Assembly (NCBI GenBank): GCA_031961395.1
Contig: JAVRLO010000002.1
Location: 1-42,709 of the forward strand
Length of the DNA: 42,709 nucleotides
DNA from: Thermoplasmatales archaeon I-plasma
GTDB taxonomy: Archaea > Thermoplasmatota > Thermoplasmata > Thermoplasmatales > GCA-001856825
Reading direction: 5' to 3'
The notes below the pieces were generated by a model. That model worked only from the letters and a program-made list of their open reading frames with translations. It had not been told where the DNA came from and ran no database searches. The number at the start of each line of letters is the position of its first letter. Position 1 is the first letter of the stretch. The translations under genes and the position numbers were made by a program. Positions 8,881-17,779 of the stretch are shown here, piece after piece.

Positions 8881-10104
8881 TTATAGACCTAACATTTTGT
8901 TCAATGTGTTATGGATTGCATCAATGAACTCTTCTGAATTCACAACTTTTGCCCCATCAGTCTCGGCTATCCTAGCTACATCCTGTGTCATTATTTTCTG
9001 ATTTTCTATTGTATCGAGGACCGCTTTTTCCAGAGTCTCTGAAAATCTTACAAGTTCCTTGTTTCCGTCTAGTTCTCCTCTTCTCTTCAGACCTCTTGTC
9101 CAAGCATAAATCAGTGCAGTTGGATTTGAGGATACCTTTTCGCCTTTTATGTATCTGTAATAGTGCTTCTGAACTGTTCCATGCGCTGCTTCTGAAAGAT
9201 AATAACCCTCAGGGGAGAACAGTTCGGAGGTCATAAGTGCTAATGTTCCTACATATGCTGTTGAGACGAAATCGGAGAAAACGTCACCGTCGTAGTTCTT
9301 GCAAGCCCAGACATACCCCCCTTCGGATCGCACAACTCTTGCCACTGCGTCATCTATAAGGAAATAATTATAATTTATTTTATTCTTAGCGAATTCTTCC
9401 TTGAACTCTTTTTCATATATCTGATTGAATATTTCTTTAAATCTTGCATCATACACTTTTGAAATGGTGTCTTTAGTTGCAAACCATAGATCAAGCTTAT
9501 TCATGAGTGCATATTTGAAGGATGCCCTAGCGAATCCTTCTATTGATTTATCAATATTGTACACTCCTTGAAGTATACCAGAACCGGTAAACTTAGGATA
9601 GCTTACTTTCTTCTCCTTTCCACTTTCCGATTTGTAAATAATCTCAGCAGTACCAGGCTCATCAAACCTAATTCCTATCCCATCGTATATATCTCCAAAA
9701 ACGTGTCTTGCTACAACAATAGGCTTTGTCCAGAATCTGACTGCCGGTTTGACTGTTTTGACAGGAATAGGTGCCCTGAAAACAGTTCCATCAAGTATTT
9801 TCCTTATAGTTCCATTTGGAGAAGGCCATTCTTTCTTTAGATTGAATTCTTTGACTCTTTCAGCATTAGGTGTTATCGTGGCACATTTTATTCCAACGCC
9901 CCATTTTTTTACCGCTTCTGCGGCCTGAAATGTAACTTTGTCATCTGTTTTATCCCTATTAACTACGTGTAGATCATAATACTCTGTTTTTAGGTCAACA
10001 TAAGGCTCTAGAAGTTTTTCTTTTACCCAGGCCCACATAACTCTTGTCATTTCGTCTCCATCCATTTCCACTACTGGTTTATCCATCGTAATTTTATTCT
10101 TCAT
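8881..10104 (-). CDS. icd: NADP-dependent isocitrate dehydrogenase, subfamily II (IDH1/IDH2-like homodimeric type)
   Basis: The N-terminus reads PVVEMDGDEMTRVMWAWVKEKLLEPYVDL...YYDL. GIKCATITP and NGTIRKILDGTVFR are diagnostic of the eukaryote-like subfamily. The track start at 10128 is TTG; I prefer the ATG at 10104 (MKNKITMDKPVVEMDGDEMTR). Confidence 0.9.
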   Translation of the reverse strand: MKNKITMDKPVVEMDGDEMTRVMWAWVKEKLLEPYVDLKTEYYDLHVVNRDKTDDKVTFQAAEAVKKWGVGIKCATITPNAERVKEFNLKKEWPSPNGTIRKILDGTVFRAPIPVKTVKPAVRFWTKPIVVARHVFGDIYDGIGIRFDEPGTAEIIYKSESGKEKKVSYPKFTGSGILQGVYNIDKSIEGFARASFKYALMNKLDLWFATKDTISKVYDARFKEIFNQIYEKEFKEEFAKNKINYNYFLIDDAVARVVRSEGGYVWACKNYDGDVFSDFVSTAYVGTLALMTSELFSPEGYYLSEAAHGTVQKHYYRYIKGEKVSSNPTALIYAWTRGLKRRGELDGNKELVRFSETLEKAVLDTIENQKIMTQDVARIAETDGAKVVNSEEFIDAIHNTLNKMLGL

Positions 10105-10422
10105 CTGATCGCCTATACGTAATAACAAGATTATTAATAAAATATTACTGACAAATTAATCGTTAAAAATATTTCAATATTTGTATCGTTTTTACAATAT
10201 TCTAAATTAATATAAAATCTACTTTATATTTAATAGATCTCATAATTTTATCAACTGTCTCAAGTAAATCATTTTCATTTAAATTTTCAGCTCCTCAGTA
10301 TAAATGCAAAAATTTAAGCGTGATATGGATAGGAGAAAGCTAAGACTAAAAGATATTGGCTCCAATTAATGGATATAAAAAAAGTTTAGGTTTTTATTCG
10401 TAAAGAATGTTAAAGGTTAAGT

Positions 10423-10433
10423 ATATATATAAA
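10423..10433 (+). promoter_or_regulatory. TATA-box-like element upstream of tbp
   Basis: TATATATATAA is centred about 27 nt upstream of the ATG at 10456, which is consistent with a leaderless transcript. Confidence 0.35.
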
Positions 10434-10455
10434 TGGTATATAAAGAGTGATTATT

Positions 10456-11013
10456 ATGGCTGATGAAGAGAAGATTGCGATCGAAAATATTGTAGCATCG
10501 ACTTCGCTTGCAGATAAGCTTGATCTCAGTAAAATCGCTCTTGCCTTGGAAGGATCTGAGTACGAGCCAGAACAATTTCCGGGTTTAATTTACAGACTTC
10601 AGGAGCCAAAAACAGCTGTTCTTATTTTTAGGTCAGGAAAAGTAAATTGTACAGGCGCAAAAACGATTGATTCAGTTAACAAGACAATTTCAACTATTGT
10701 AGAAAAATTAAAAAAAGCTGGAATAAATGTAAACAGCAATCCTGAAATAGTCGTGCAAAATATTGTCGCAGTTTATGATCTGAATATGCAATTAAATCTT
10801 ACTAACATAGCAATGTCACTTGGATTAGAAAATGTGGAATATGAACCAGAACAATTCCCTGGACTAGTATATAGAATAGAAGAACCAAAAGTCGTTTTGC
10901 TATTATTTGGTTCTGGTAAGGTAGTATGCACGGGAGCAAAAGAAAAGGGGGAGATTGCGCAGGCCGTAAAGATTCTCAGAAAAGATCTTGAAAAAATAAC
11001 AGCAGTCAAATGA
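10456..11013 (+). CDS. tbp: TATA-box binding protein
   Basis: Two direct repeats are present (EYEPEQFPGLIYR...SGKVNCTGAK and EYEPEQFPGLVYR...SGKVVCTGAK). The track start at 10447 is GTG; I prefer the ATG at 10456 (MADEEK). Confidence 0.95.
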   Translation: MADEEKIAIENIVASTSLADKLDLSKIALALEGSEYEPEQFPGLIYRLQEPKTAVLIFRSGKVNCTGAKTIDSVNKTISTIVEKLKKAGINVNSNPEIVVQNIVAVYDLNMQLNLTNIAMSLGLENVEYEPEQFPGLVYRIEEPKVVLLLFGSGKVVCTGAKEKGEIAQAVKILRKDLEKITAVK

Positions 11014-11285
11014 CGGTAAAGGATAGGGTGGGTAGAAGGAGGTATATCTCCATCGATCCACTAAACGAGCAAACTATATATTTTTTATTAAAGAATATTA
11101 AAAATAGTTCAGTAATAAAGTACAAGGGCATGAAAGTAATCAGAATAAAACACTATCAATTAGATGAAGCAAGACAGACCGCTGCTAAACAAGGTATAAA
11201 AATTATAATGGTTTCAGGAACATTGAAATCAATGTGGTCTAAAATTCAGAGATCTAATGATGAAATCTCATCAAAGTCCAGATAA
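11010..11285 (+). CDS. rnp2: RNase P protein component 2 (Pop5/Rpp14 homolog)
   Basis: 91 aa. RRRYISI lies near the N-terminus and MVSGTLKS near the C-terminus, matching the archaeal Pop5 KKRYIAF...VSGTIK pattern. The start forms an ATGA overlap with the tbp stop. Confidence 0.7.
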   Translation: MTVKDRVGRRRYISIDPLNEQTIYFLLKNIKNSSVIKYKGMKVIRIKHYQLDEARQTAAKQGIKIIMVSGTLKSMWSKIQRSNDEISSKSR

Positions 11286-12463
11286 GTTTCTTTTTCCAAT
11301 TTTTTTCTTATTTCTTCATCTCGTTTCATCAGTTGATAAACAAACGTAAGTGTATCCTTGTTCATAAAAACAGTTGATTTATGGATATATCTTCCTGTTT
11401 CATAGGCAAAATCTTCACGTATATTTCTAAATTTTTTTAATTGTGACATTCTCTTAATTAGTGCTGGAAAACCGAATTTTAGATATCTATCCCCTTTAAG
11501 ATTATAAAAGACAATTGAAGCCATCATGTCATTTGCGTAGCTCCACATTGTGTAATTCATTCTTTTCTGTACCCTGCCAAGAAACAGATCTGCTTTCGAT
11601 ATATTTTCAAGAGCTTTAATATAATCTATAACATTTGAAGTGAATGGATAGACATTTTCCAATAAATAAAGAATAAAATTATTGGGATCTTCACCTAAAT
11701 TTATTATATTATTTTTGATATTTAAAAAAGAATCTTTTTTATAAATAATGGATGATATTACACTGAATATATTTTGAGTGATATCTCTTTCCTGTGGCTC
11801 TGTAAAATCACCGTAACCCTGCAGATCATTTATAGCAGCCCTCATATCACCATTAGAATTTTCTGCGATTTCACTTAGCTTCTCATGAGAACAAAATATA
11901 TTCTCCTGTCTGCAAATATCTCTTAAAACATTTAGAATCTGTATACTTCTATACCTTTGAAATTCAACCTCCTCACACTTCTCAACTATGCTCTTTCCAG
12001 AAGTTCCATATTTAAGGTCATAAACATTGTTTGCAATTAAAATAACTGGATTCATAGTTCTTTCCAAGAGATTAGAAATTGCAGCCTTTCCTCCTACATC
12101 AGCCCCCTCGATATTTCTTTCATAAAGTGAATCCACCTCGTCCAGTACAATCAGTTTCTTTCTCCCAGCAAATTCAGAAATTGTAGAATAAAGAGATCCC
12201 CTTAGTGCGGTATCATTGATAGAGCTTCTGGATCTTACATCAGATGCATTAAATTCTATATAATCCCATCCCATTTCATTGGCCAAAGCAATAGCGGCAG
12301 ATGTTTTCCCTGTTCCTGGCGGTCCATATATCAATAATCCCCTCTTTTCTGGTATACCTTCTTCCCATTTCTTAGCCCAGGATCTTAAAATTTCGACACT
12401 TTTATCTCTTCTCAACTGATCCAGTCTTTTAGGCCTATATTTTTCTACCCAGGGGATTTCCAT
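11246..12463 (-). CDS. rfcL: Replication factor C large subunit
   Basis: The N-terminus reads PWVEKYRPKRLDQL. Walker A is GPPGTGKTS and Walker B is LDEVD. 405 aa. Confidence 0.9.
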   Translation of the reverse strand: MEIPWVEKYRPKRLDQLRRDKSVEILRSWAKKWEEGIPEKRGLLIYGPPGTGKTSAAIALANEMGWDYIEFNASDVRSRSSINDTALRGSLYSTISEFAGRKKLIVLDEVDSLYERNIEGADVGGKAAISNLLERTMNPVILIANNVYDLKYGTSGKSIVEKCEEVEFQRYRSIQILNVLRDICRQENIFCSHEKLSEIAENSNGDMRAAINDLQGYGDFTEPQERDITQNIFSVISSIIYKKDSFLNIKNNIINLGEDPNNFILYLLENVYPFTSNVIDYIKALENISKADLFLGRVQKRMNYTMWSYANDMMASIVFYNLKGDRYLKFGFPALIKRMSQLKKFRNIREDFAYETGRYIHKSTVFMNKDTLTFVYQLMKRDEEIRKKLEKETYLDFDEISSLDL

Positions 12464-12556
12464 AAGTTGAAATGGATATTCGATTTAAAAACTTGTTCTT
12501 CTTCTTTTAAAAATTGGTGAGCAATAGAAATTTATCTCTTTTACTAATATAGATGT

Positions 12557-13567
12557 ATGAAAGTAAAGAACGGAGATAAAATTGAAGAAATTACCGCAGT
12601 TTGGTATGAAAAGCCTATTATAAAGATGATAGATCAAAAAATTTTACCAAAGGAATTCAAGGTTATTGATATACATAATCCAGAGGAGCTCCACAGTGCT
12701 ATTAAAACAATGGTAGTAAGAGGTGCGCCATCAATAGGAGCTGCCGCTGCGCTGGGAATCGCACAAGCATCAGACATAGGATATGATATGGAAAAGGCAG
12801 CAACTCTTATAAAATCAGCAAGACCAACCGCATATGATCTTTTTTATGCAGTAGACTACGTAATGAAACATAGGGAAGAAGCTGTAGATTATGCACAGAG
12901 ATATGTAAAGTCAATAATAGAAAAATCGAGAATGATAGGAGTCAATGGAAGTAAATTGATAAAAGAGAATTCAAAAATACTCACCCACTGTAATGCGGGA
13001 GCTCTTGCATCAGTTGATTATGGAACTGCCCTTGCCCCTTTAAGGATTGCAAAAAAAGAGGGGAAGAATTTCTTTGTATGGGTTGACGAAACAAGGCCTA
13101 GGCTCCAAGGAGCTAGACTTACAGCCTGGGAGTTACTACAGGAGGATATAAGTCATAGAGTCATAGCTGATAATGCCGCAGGATATCTGATGAAGAAGGG
13201 AGAAATAGATATGGTAATAGTTGGCGCTGATAGGATAGCTTCAAATGGTGATTTCGCAAACAAAATCGGGACCTATGAAAAGGCAGTATTAGCAAAAGAG
13301 AACGGAGTAAAATTCTATGTTGCAGCACCAATAAGCACATTTGATTTTACGATAGAGAATGGTGATCAGATACCCATAGAACTGAGAGATGAGGAAGAAG
13401 TGAAAAAAATAGATGATCATTTTATTTCCCCGGCAGAATCTCCAGCTTATAATCCTGCCTTCGATGTTACACCGCATAGTTACGTTACAGGTTACATAAC
13501 GGAATATGGCGTACTTAAGGCAAATGAAATCATCAAACTTAAGGATAAGCGGAATGAGGAACTATGA
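12557..13567 (+). CDS. mtnA: S-methyl-5-thioribose-1-phosphate isomerase (eIF-2B alpha/beta/delta family, MtnA type)
   Basis: Motifs VRGAPSIGAAAALG, THCNAGALAS, ETRPRLQGARLTAWEL, VGADRIASNGDFANKIGTY and NPAFDVTP are present. Confidence 0.85.
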   Translation: MKVKNGDKIEEITAVWYEKPIIKMIDQKILPKEFKVIDIHNPEELHSAIKTMVVRGAPSIGAAAALGIAQASDIGYDMEKAATLIKSARPTAYDLFYAVDYVMKHREEAVDYAQRYVKSIIEKSRMIGVNGSKLIKENSKILTHCNAGALASVDYGTALAPLRIAKKEGKNFFVWVDETRPRLQGARLTAWELLQEDISHRVIADNAAGYLMKKGEIDMVIVGADRIASNGDFANKIGTYEKAVLAKENGVKFYVAAPISTFDFTIENGDQIPIELRDEEEVKKIDDHFISPAESPAYNPAFDVTPHSYVTGYITEYGVLKANEIIKLKDKRNEEL

Positions 13568-14175
13568 AAATTTCAGAAAATGTTGAATTGATAGATGGAA
13601 CGATGGCAAATATCTATGTTATAAGGAGAAAAGATAAGATAATACAAATAGATACAGGTCTCAAAGACAATTTCTCTAAAATAGTTCAATATTATGATCA
13701 TTTTGGAACCAAGCCGGACGTTGTTTTTATTACGCACTATCATATGGACCACATAGGAAGTCTTCAGTCAATAATCGATAAATATAATCCTGTGGTTATA
13801 GCGTCAAATATTGAAAAGGATTACTTATCAGGAAAGATAAAGCCAGAAAAGCCAAAGTCTATAATGGGAAGGATAGTTTATAGAATGATGCCTGAGCTAA
13901 ATTTCAAAGATATAAAGACTATCGACTATCTAAATGACCCTGATGTGGAACTTATCCTTACAAACGGGCATACTCCGGGCTCATCATCCCTCTTGCTAAA
14001 GGACGAAAAGATGATATTTATAGGAGATGCCGCCCGGGAAAAAGAAGGTAAACTCGAAATTGACAGGACATTTACATTGGATGTTGACAATGCTACGAAA
14101 AGTCTGGATAAGATCAGATCTTTAAAACCTATTCTTGTACTCCCTGGCCATGGCAATCCTGTCAGGATAGAATAG
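13564..14175 (+). CDS. MBL-fold metallo-hydrolase
   Basis: THYHMDHIGS matches HxHxDH, and the C-terminal region contains PGHG. ATGA overlap with the mtnA stop. Confidence 0.75.
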   Translation: MKISENVELIDGTMANIYVIRRKDKIIQIDTGLKDNFSKIVQYYDHFGTKPDVVFITHYHMDHIGSLQSIIDKYNPVVIASNIEKDYLSGKIKPEKPKSIMGRIVYRMMPELNFKDIKTIDYLNDPDVELILTNGHTPGSSSLLLKDEKMIFIGDAAREKEGKLEIDRTFTLDVDNATKSLDKIRSLKPILVLPGHGNPVRIE

Positions 14176-14204
14176 TTTTATTTATTACATCTTATTATTA
14201 AAAT

Positions 14205-16178
14205 ATGAATAAACCGATTATGTTATGGAATCCCAGTAATGAATTTTGCCAGCAAGCTACTATGTTAAAATATATGGAATGGGTCAATGATAAATATTCA
14301 TTAGATTTAAAAAATTACAATGATATTCATACTTGGTCTGTAAATAATCTTGATAATTTCTGGAGAAGTCTGTGGGATTATTTTCATGTAATTAGAGAAA
14401 AAGAACCTGAAAATATCCTGGAATATAAAGAAATGATTGATGCTAGGTGGTTCACCGGTGCAACGTTAAATTATGCAAATAACGTTTTGAATCTTGCACC
14501 GCAAGATTTACCAATTATCAGTACAAATGAGCATGGCAACATAAGAAGAATATCTCGACAAGAGCTTTTGGGCAAAGTAGGTTCTTTACAGAGAGTTCTT
14601 GCTGATCTGGGGGTAAAGGAAGGTGACAGGGTAGCGTCATTCTTGCCAAACATTCCCGAGGCCATGATATCTTTATACGCAACAAATTCTCTAGGAGCAA
14701 TTTGGTCAAGTTCTTCTCCTGATTTTGGTTCAAAGGGCATAATAGATAGATTCCAGCAAATATCACCAAAGGTGCTTATCGCTATAGATGGATATTCCTA
14801 CAATGGTAAGAGATATGATAGAATGGGAGTTCTGGATGAGATACTGAGCAAAATTAGCAGTATAAAAAATGTAATACTACTAAATTATGAAGGATTCTCA
14901 AGAGAAAATGGTAAATTTTTAGATTTTCAAGATTCAGTTAAAAATCTTCGCACTCCACAATTTAAGACTCTTCCTTTTAGCCATCCGCTCTGGATTCTTT
15001 ATTCATCGGGTACTACAGGAATACCAAAAGCTATAGTTCAGAGTCAAGGTGGCATACTGCTTGAACATTTAAAATTACTGAAATTGCATTATAATTTAGA
15101 TAAAAACAAAAGATTCTTCTGGTATACAACCACAGGGTGGATGATGTGGAATTTAGTGGCTAGCTCAATATCCACAGGCTCGACAGCAGTTTTATATGAT
15201 GGAAGTGCTACTTATCCAGACAACTATTTTCTATGGGAACTGGCGGAAAGAGAAAAGATATCTTTTTTTGGTGTAAGTGCTGCTTATCTCACTTTTTCTA
15301 TGAAGGAAATGCTCGACGTAAGAAATAAATACCCGTTAGAGAAAATGTATGCAATAGGATCTACTGGATCTCCTTTACCACCAGAAGCTTTTAGGTATGT
15401 GTATGAACATGTGAGAAGTGATGTTTTACTTGCATCCATTAGTGGTGGTACTGATGTCTGTACATCATTCCTTGGTGGCTGTCCGTGCGAGCCTGTATAT
15501 GAGGGTGAACTTCAATGTATTAATCTTGGAGCTGATATACACTCTTTTGATGATTATGGGAATGAATTAATTGATGAGATGGGTGAACTTGTAATTAAAA
15601 AGCCTATGCCTTCGATGCCGATATATCTGTGGGGGGATGAGGCGAAACTAAAATTAAGGGAAACTTACTTTTCAACGTACGAAGGACTATGGAGACACGG
15701 TGATTGGATAATTATAACATCCAGAGGCACGGCAATAATCCTTGGGAGATCAGACTCAACTCTGAAACGTAAGGGAATAAGAATAGGTACAGCTGAAATA
15801 TACAGAGTAGTAGATGAAATGAAGGCAGTAAAGGATAGTCTTGTAATAGGCATCGAAATACCTGGCGGAGAATATTATATGCCCCTTTTTGTTTCAGTGG
15901 AAAAGGGCACAGACTTTTCAAAATTGAAGGAAGAAATAAAGGAAAACATAAGAAAAAATCTTACTCCTAGGCATGTTCCTGATGATATAATACAAGTAAG
16001 TGACATACCCAGGACAATAAATGGAAAGAAGATGGAAGTTCCAATTAAAAAAATAATAATGGGATTTCCAGTTGAAAAAGCATTAAATATTTCCTCAATG
16101 GCAAATCCTGAATGTCTCGAGGAATTCATAAGGATTGCAAAGGAGATAAGAGAAAAATATGGAATAACAGCAAAATGA
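14205..16178 (+). CDS. Acetoacetate--CoA ligase (acetoacetyl-CoA synthetase), ANL adenylate-forming superfamily
   Basis: 657 aa. The N-terminus contains LWNPS. The AMP-binding motif is YSSGTTGIPKAIV and GRSDSTLKRKGIRIG is present. Length and architecture are typical of AACS. Confidence 0.8.
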   Translation: MNKPIMLWNPSNEFCQQATMLKYMEWVNDKYSLDLKNYNDIHTWSVNNLDNFWRSLWDYFHVIREKEPENILEYKEMIDARWFTGATLNYANNVLNLAPQDLPIISTNEHGNIRRISRQELLGKVGSLQRVLADLGVKEGDRVASFLPNIPEAMISLYATNSLGAIWSSSSPDFGSKGIIDRFQQISPKVLIAIDGYSYNGKRYDRMGVLDEILSKISSIKNVILLNYEGFSRENGKFLDFQDSVKNLRTPQFKTLPFSHPLWILYSSGTTGIPKAIVQSQGGILLEHLKLLKLHYNLDKNKRFFWYTTTGWMMWNLVASSISTGSTAVLYDGSATYPDNYFLWELAEREKISFFGVSAAYLTFSMKEMLDVRNKYPLEKMYAIGSTGSPLPPEAFRYVYEHVRSDVLLASISGGTDVCTSFLGGCPCEPVYEGELQCINLGADIHSFDDYGNELIDEMGELVIKKPMPSMPIYLWGDEAKLKLRETYFSTYEGLWRHGDWIIITSRGTAIILGRSDSTLKRKGIRIGTAEIYRVVDEMKAVKDSLVIGIEIPGGEYYMPLFVSVEKGTDFSKLKEEIKENIRKNLTPRHVPDDIIQVSDIPRTINGKKMEVPIKKIIMGFPVEKALNISSMANPECLEEFIRIAKEIREKYGITAK

Positions 16179-16229
16179 TTTATTTAAAACATTTCAAAAT
16201 ATTTGTATATAATGCATAAATAATTATTT

Positions 16230-16688
16230 ATGAAGCTTACAATAAAAGATTTTGAAGAAGGTGCTGAAATTCTCAAGAAATTTACATGTGATTCTGAAGA
16301 TTATTCGCCTGAATTATCCTGGAGTGGAGTTCCAACTGGAACAAAGAGCTTAGCAATAATAGTTGATGATCCTGATGCGCCAATTGGTAATTTTGTTCAC
16401 TGGGTAATATATAACATTCCCATTGAAATAAATAATCTTGCAGAAAATTATCCAAGAGTTAGTAGAATGAGTAATGGAATAATGCAGGGAAAGAATGATT
16501 TCGGAAGGATAGGTTATAATGGTCCTTGCCCACCAAGAGGGCACGGATTTCACAGATATTATTTCACTCTATATGCAACTGAGGTAAATACAATAACAAA
16601 GGAAGGACTTACAAAAAATGAACTAATGAAAATTATAGAAGGAAAAATAATAAGTAAGGATACTAGGATGGGTAGATATAAAAGATGA
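16230..16688 (+). CDS. YbhB/YbcL family Raf-kinase-inhibitor-like (PEBP) protein
   Basis: DDPDAP...HW and GYNGPCPPRGHGFHRYYFTLYA are PEBP signatures. Confidence 0.85.
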   Translation: MKLTIKDFEEGAEILKKFTCDSEDYSPELSWSGVPTGTKSLAIIVDDPDAPIGNFVHWVIYNIPIEINNLAENYPRVSRMSNGIMQGKNDFGRIGYNGPCPPRGHGFHRYYFTLYATEVNTITKEGLTKNELMKIIEGKIISKDTRMGRYKR

Positions 16689-16691
16689 TTC

Positions 16692-17603
16692 TCATAAAAT
16701 ATTACCTATAAAGTGATGGACTATCAACCCTATTATAAAAGTAGCAATAAATCCCGCTGAAACAAGCAAAATAGAGGTAGCAACATCTCTTCTAAGATTT
16801 CCCCAAGAAGAAATAGATATCACAGACGCAGCTATCCCATCTACGGTCAATGTAAGAATTATGCTAATAACTAATGCGATGTACTTTGAAAAGAATACAA
16901 AGGGTATAATTGGAAATATTGCACCTATAAAATAGAATAAAGCTGTATTTCCAGCAGCATGAACGGATGTATATTTAGTTTCCCCCCTGTTTATCTGAAT
17001 TTTTGCTTTCTCTGAAAGAAAAGCTCCTATAGTCATTGAAATCATTCCCGATGTAGCAAATATAATACCGCCGATCAATATGAATATATTATTTGCAAGT
17101 ACGTTGGTGAGTCCGGCAATGCCAGCGAGAACTTCAATTAATCCATCAGACATTCCATATATAGCATCATGTGTTTTTTCAGCGCTGAGAGAAAATTCCT
17201 GGCTCATTTTTATGAAGACTGACTCATGATTCTTTTCATCATCTATTATCTGTTTTATTTTCTCCTTCTTTTCTTCACTTGCCTTATTTTGTAAATAGTT
17301 TGAATAATCTTCAATTGCCCTAATTTCTCCTTTTTCTAAATAATTAATAATAAATGATATCCCAAATAGTGATTTTAAAAATTTAAGGTAAAGAATTCCG
17401 GTCTTTTTCAATTTAGGAACTGGATTTCCTCCCTCCTCTCTTATCACGGATGCCCAGAACTCAGAATGCCCCTTTTCAATATCCGACAGTTCTAACAACT
17501 TTTTCTTTACATCTTCATTTTTCTCATTTGAGGCAAGTTGTTTATACAAATAAGAATCACTTACCTCACCCTGAAAAAATTCCTCTTCTTTTGTCACGTT
17601 CAT
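16692..17603 (-). CDS. VIT1/CCC1-family iron transporter with N-terminal ferritin-like (rubrerythrin-type) domain
   Basis: The N-terminal half has two ExxH motifs (EKGH, EKNH). The C-terminal half has the VIT1-type TM region (YGMSDGLIEV...). Confidence 0.75.
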   Translation of the reverse strand: MNVTKEEEFFQGEVSDSYLYKQLASNEKNEDVKKKLLELSDIEKGHSEFWASVIREEGGNPVPKLKKTGILYLKFLKSLFGISFIINYLEKGEIRAIEDYSNYLQNKASEEKKEKIKQIIDDEKNHESVFIKMSQEFSLSAEKTHDAIYGMSDGLIEVLAGIAGLTNVLANNIFILIGGIIFATSGMISMTIGAFLSEKAKIQINRGETKYTSVHAAGNTALFYFIGAIFPIIPFVFFSKYIALVISIILTLTVDGIAASVISISSWGNLRRDVATSILLVSAGFIATFIIGLIVHHFIGNIL

Positions 17604-17779
17604 TCATGAAAGTTACTCTTATAATTTTTTTTCTGGGGGTTCTATTATACAATATTTTTAAAAGGGAATAGTTAATCATTATAAAATTATAATATAGAAC
17701 AATCATAATAAATATTTTCAGATAAGCTGAAAAAGTAGAAAGATTATATCTTTTTAAGGTATACAGGTAAGTGATTACT

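Noticed and set aside
11250-11345. C/D-box-like strings on the minus strand (CTGATGA ... TGATGA ... CTGA)
   Set aside because: The spacing between boxes (about 50 nt and 18 nt) does not fit the roughly 12-nt guide architecture of archaeal C/D sRNAs. The strings are also explained by the rfcL C-terminal codons (DFDEISSLDL).
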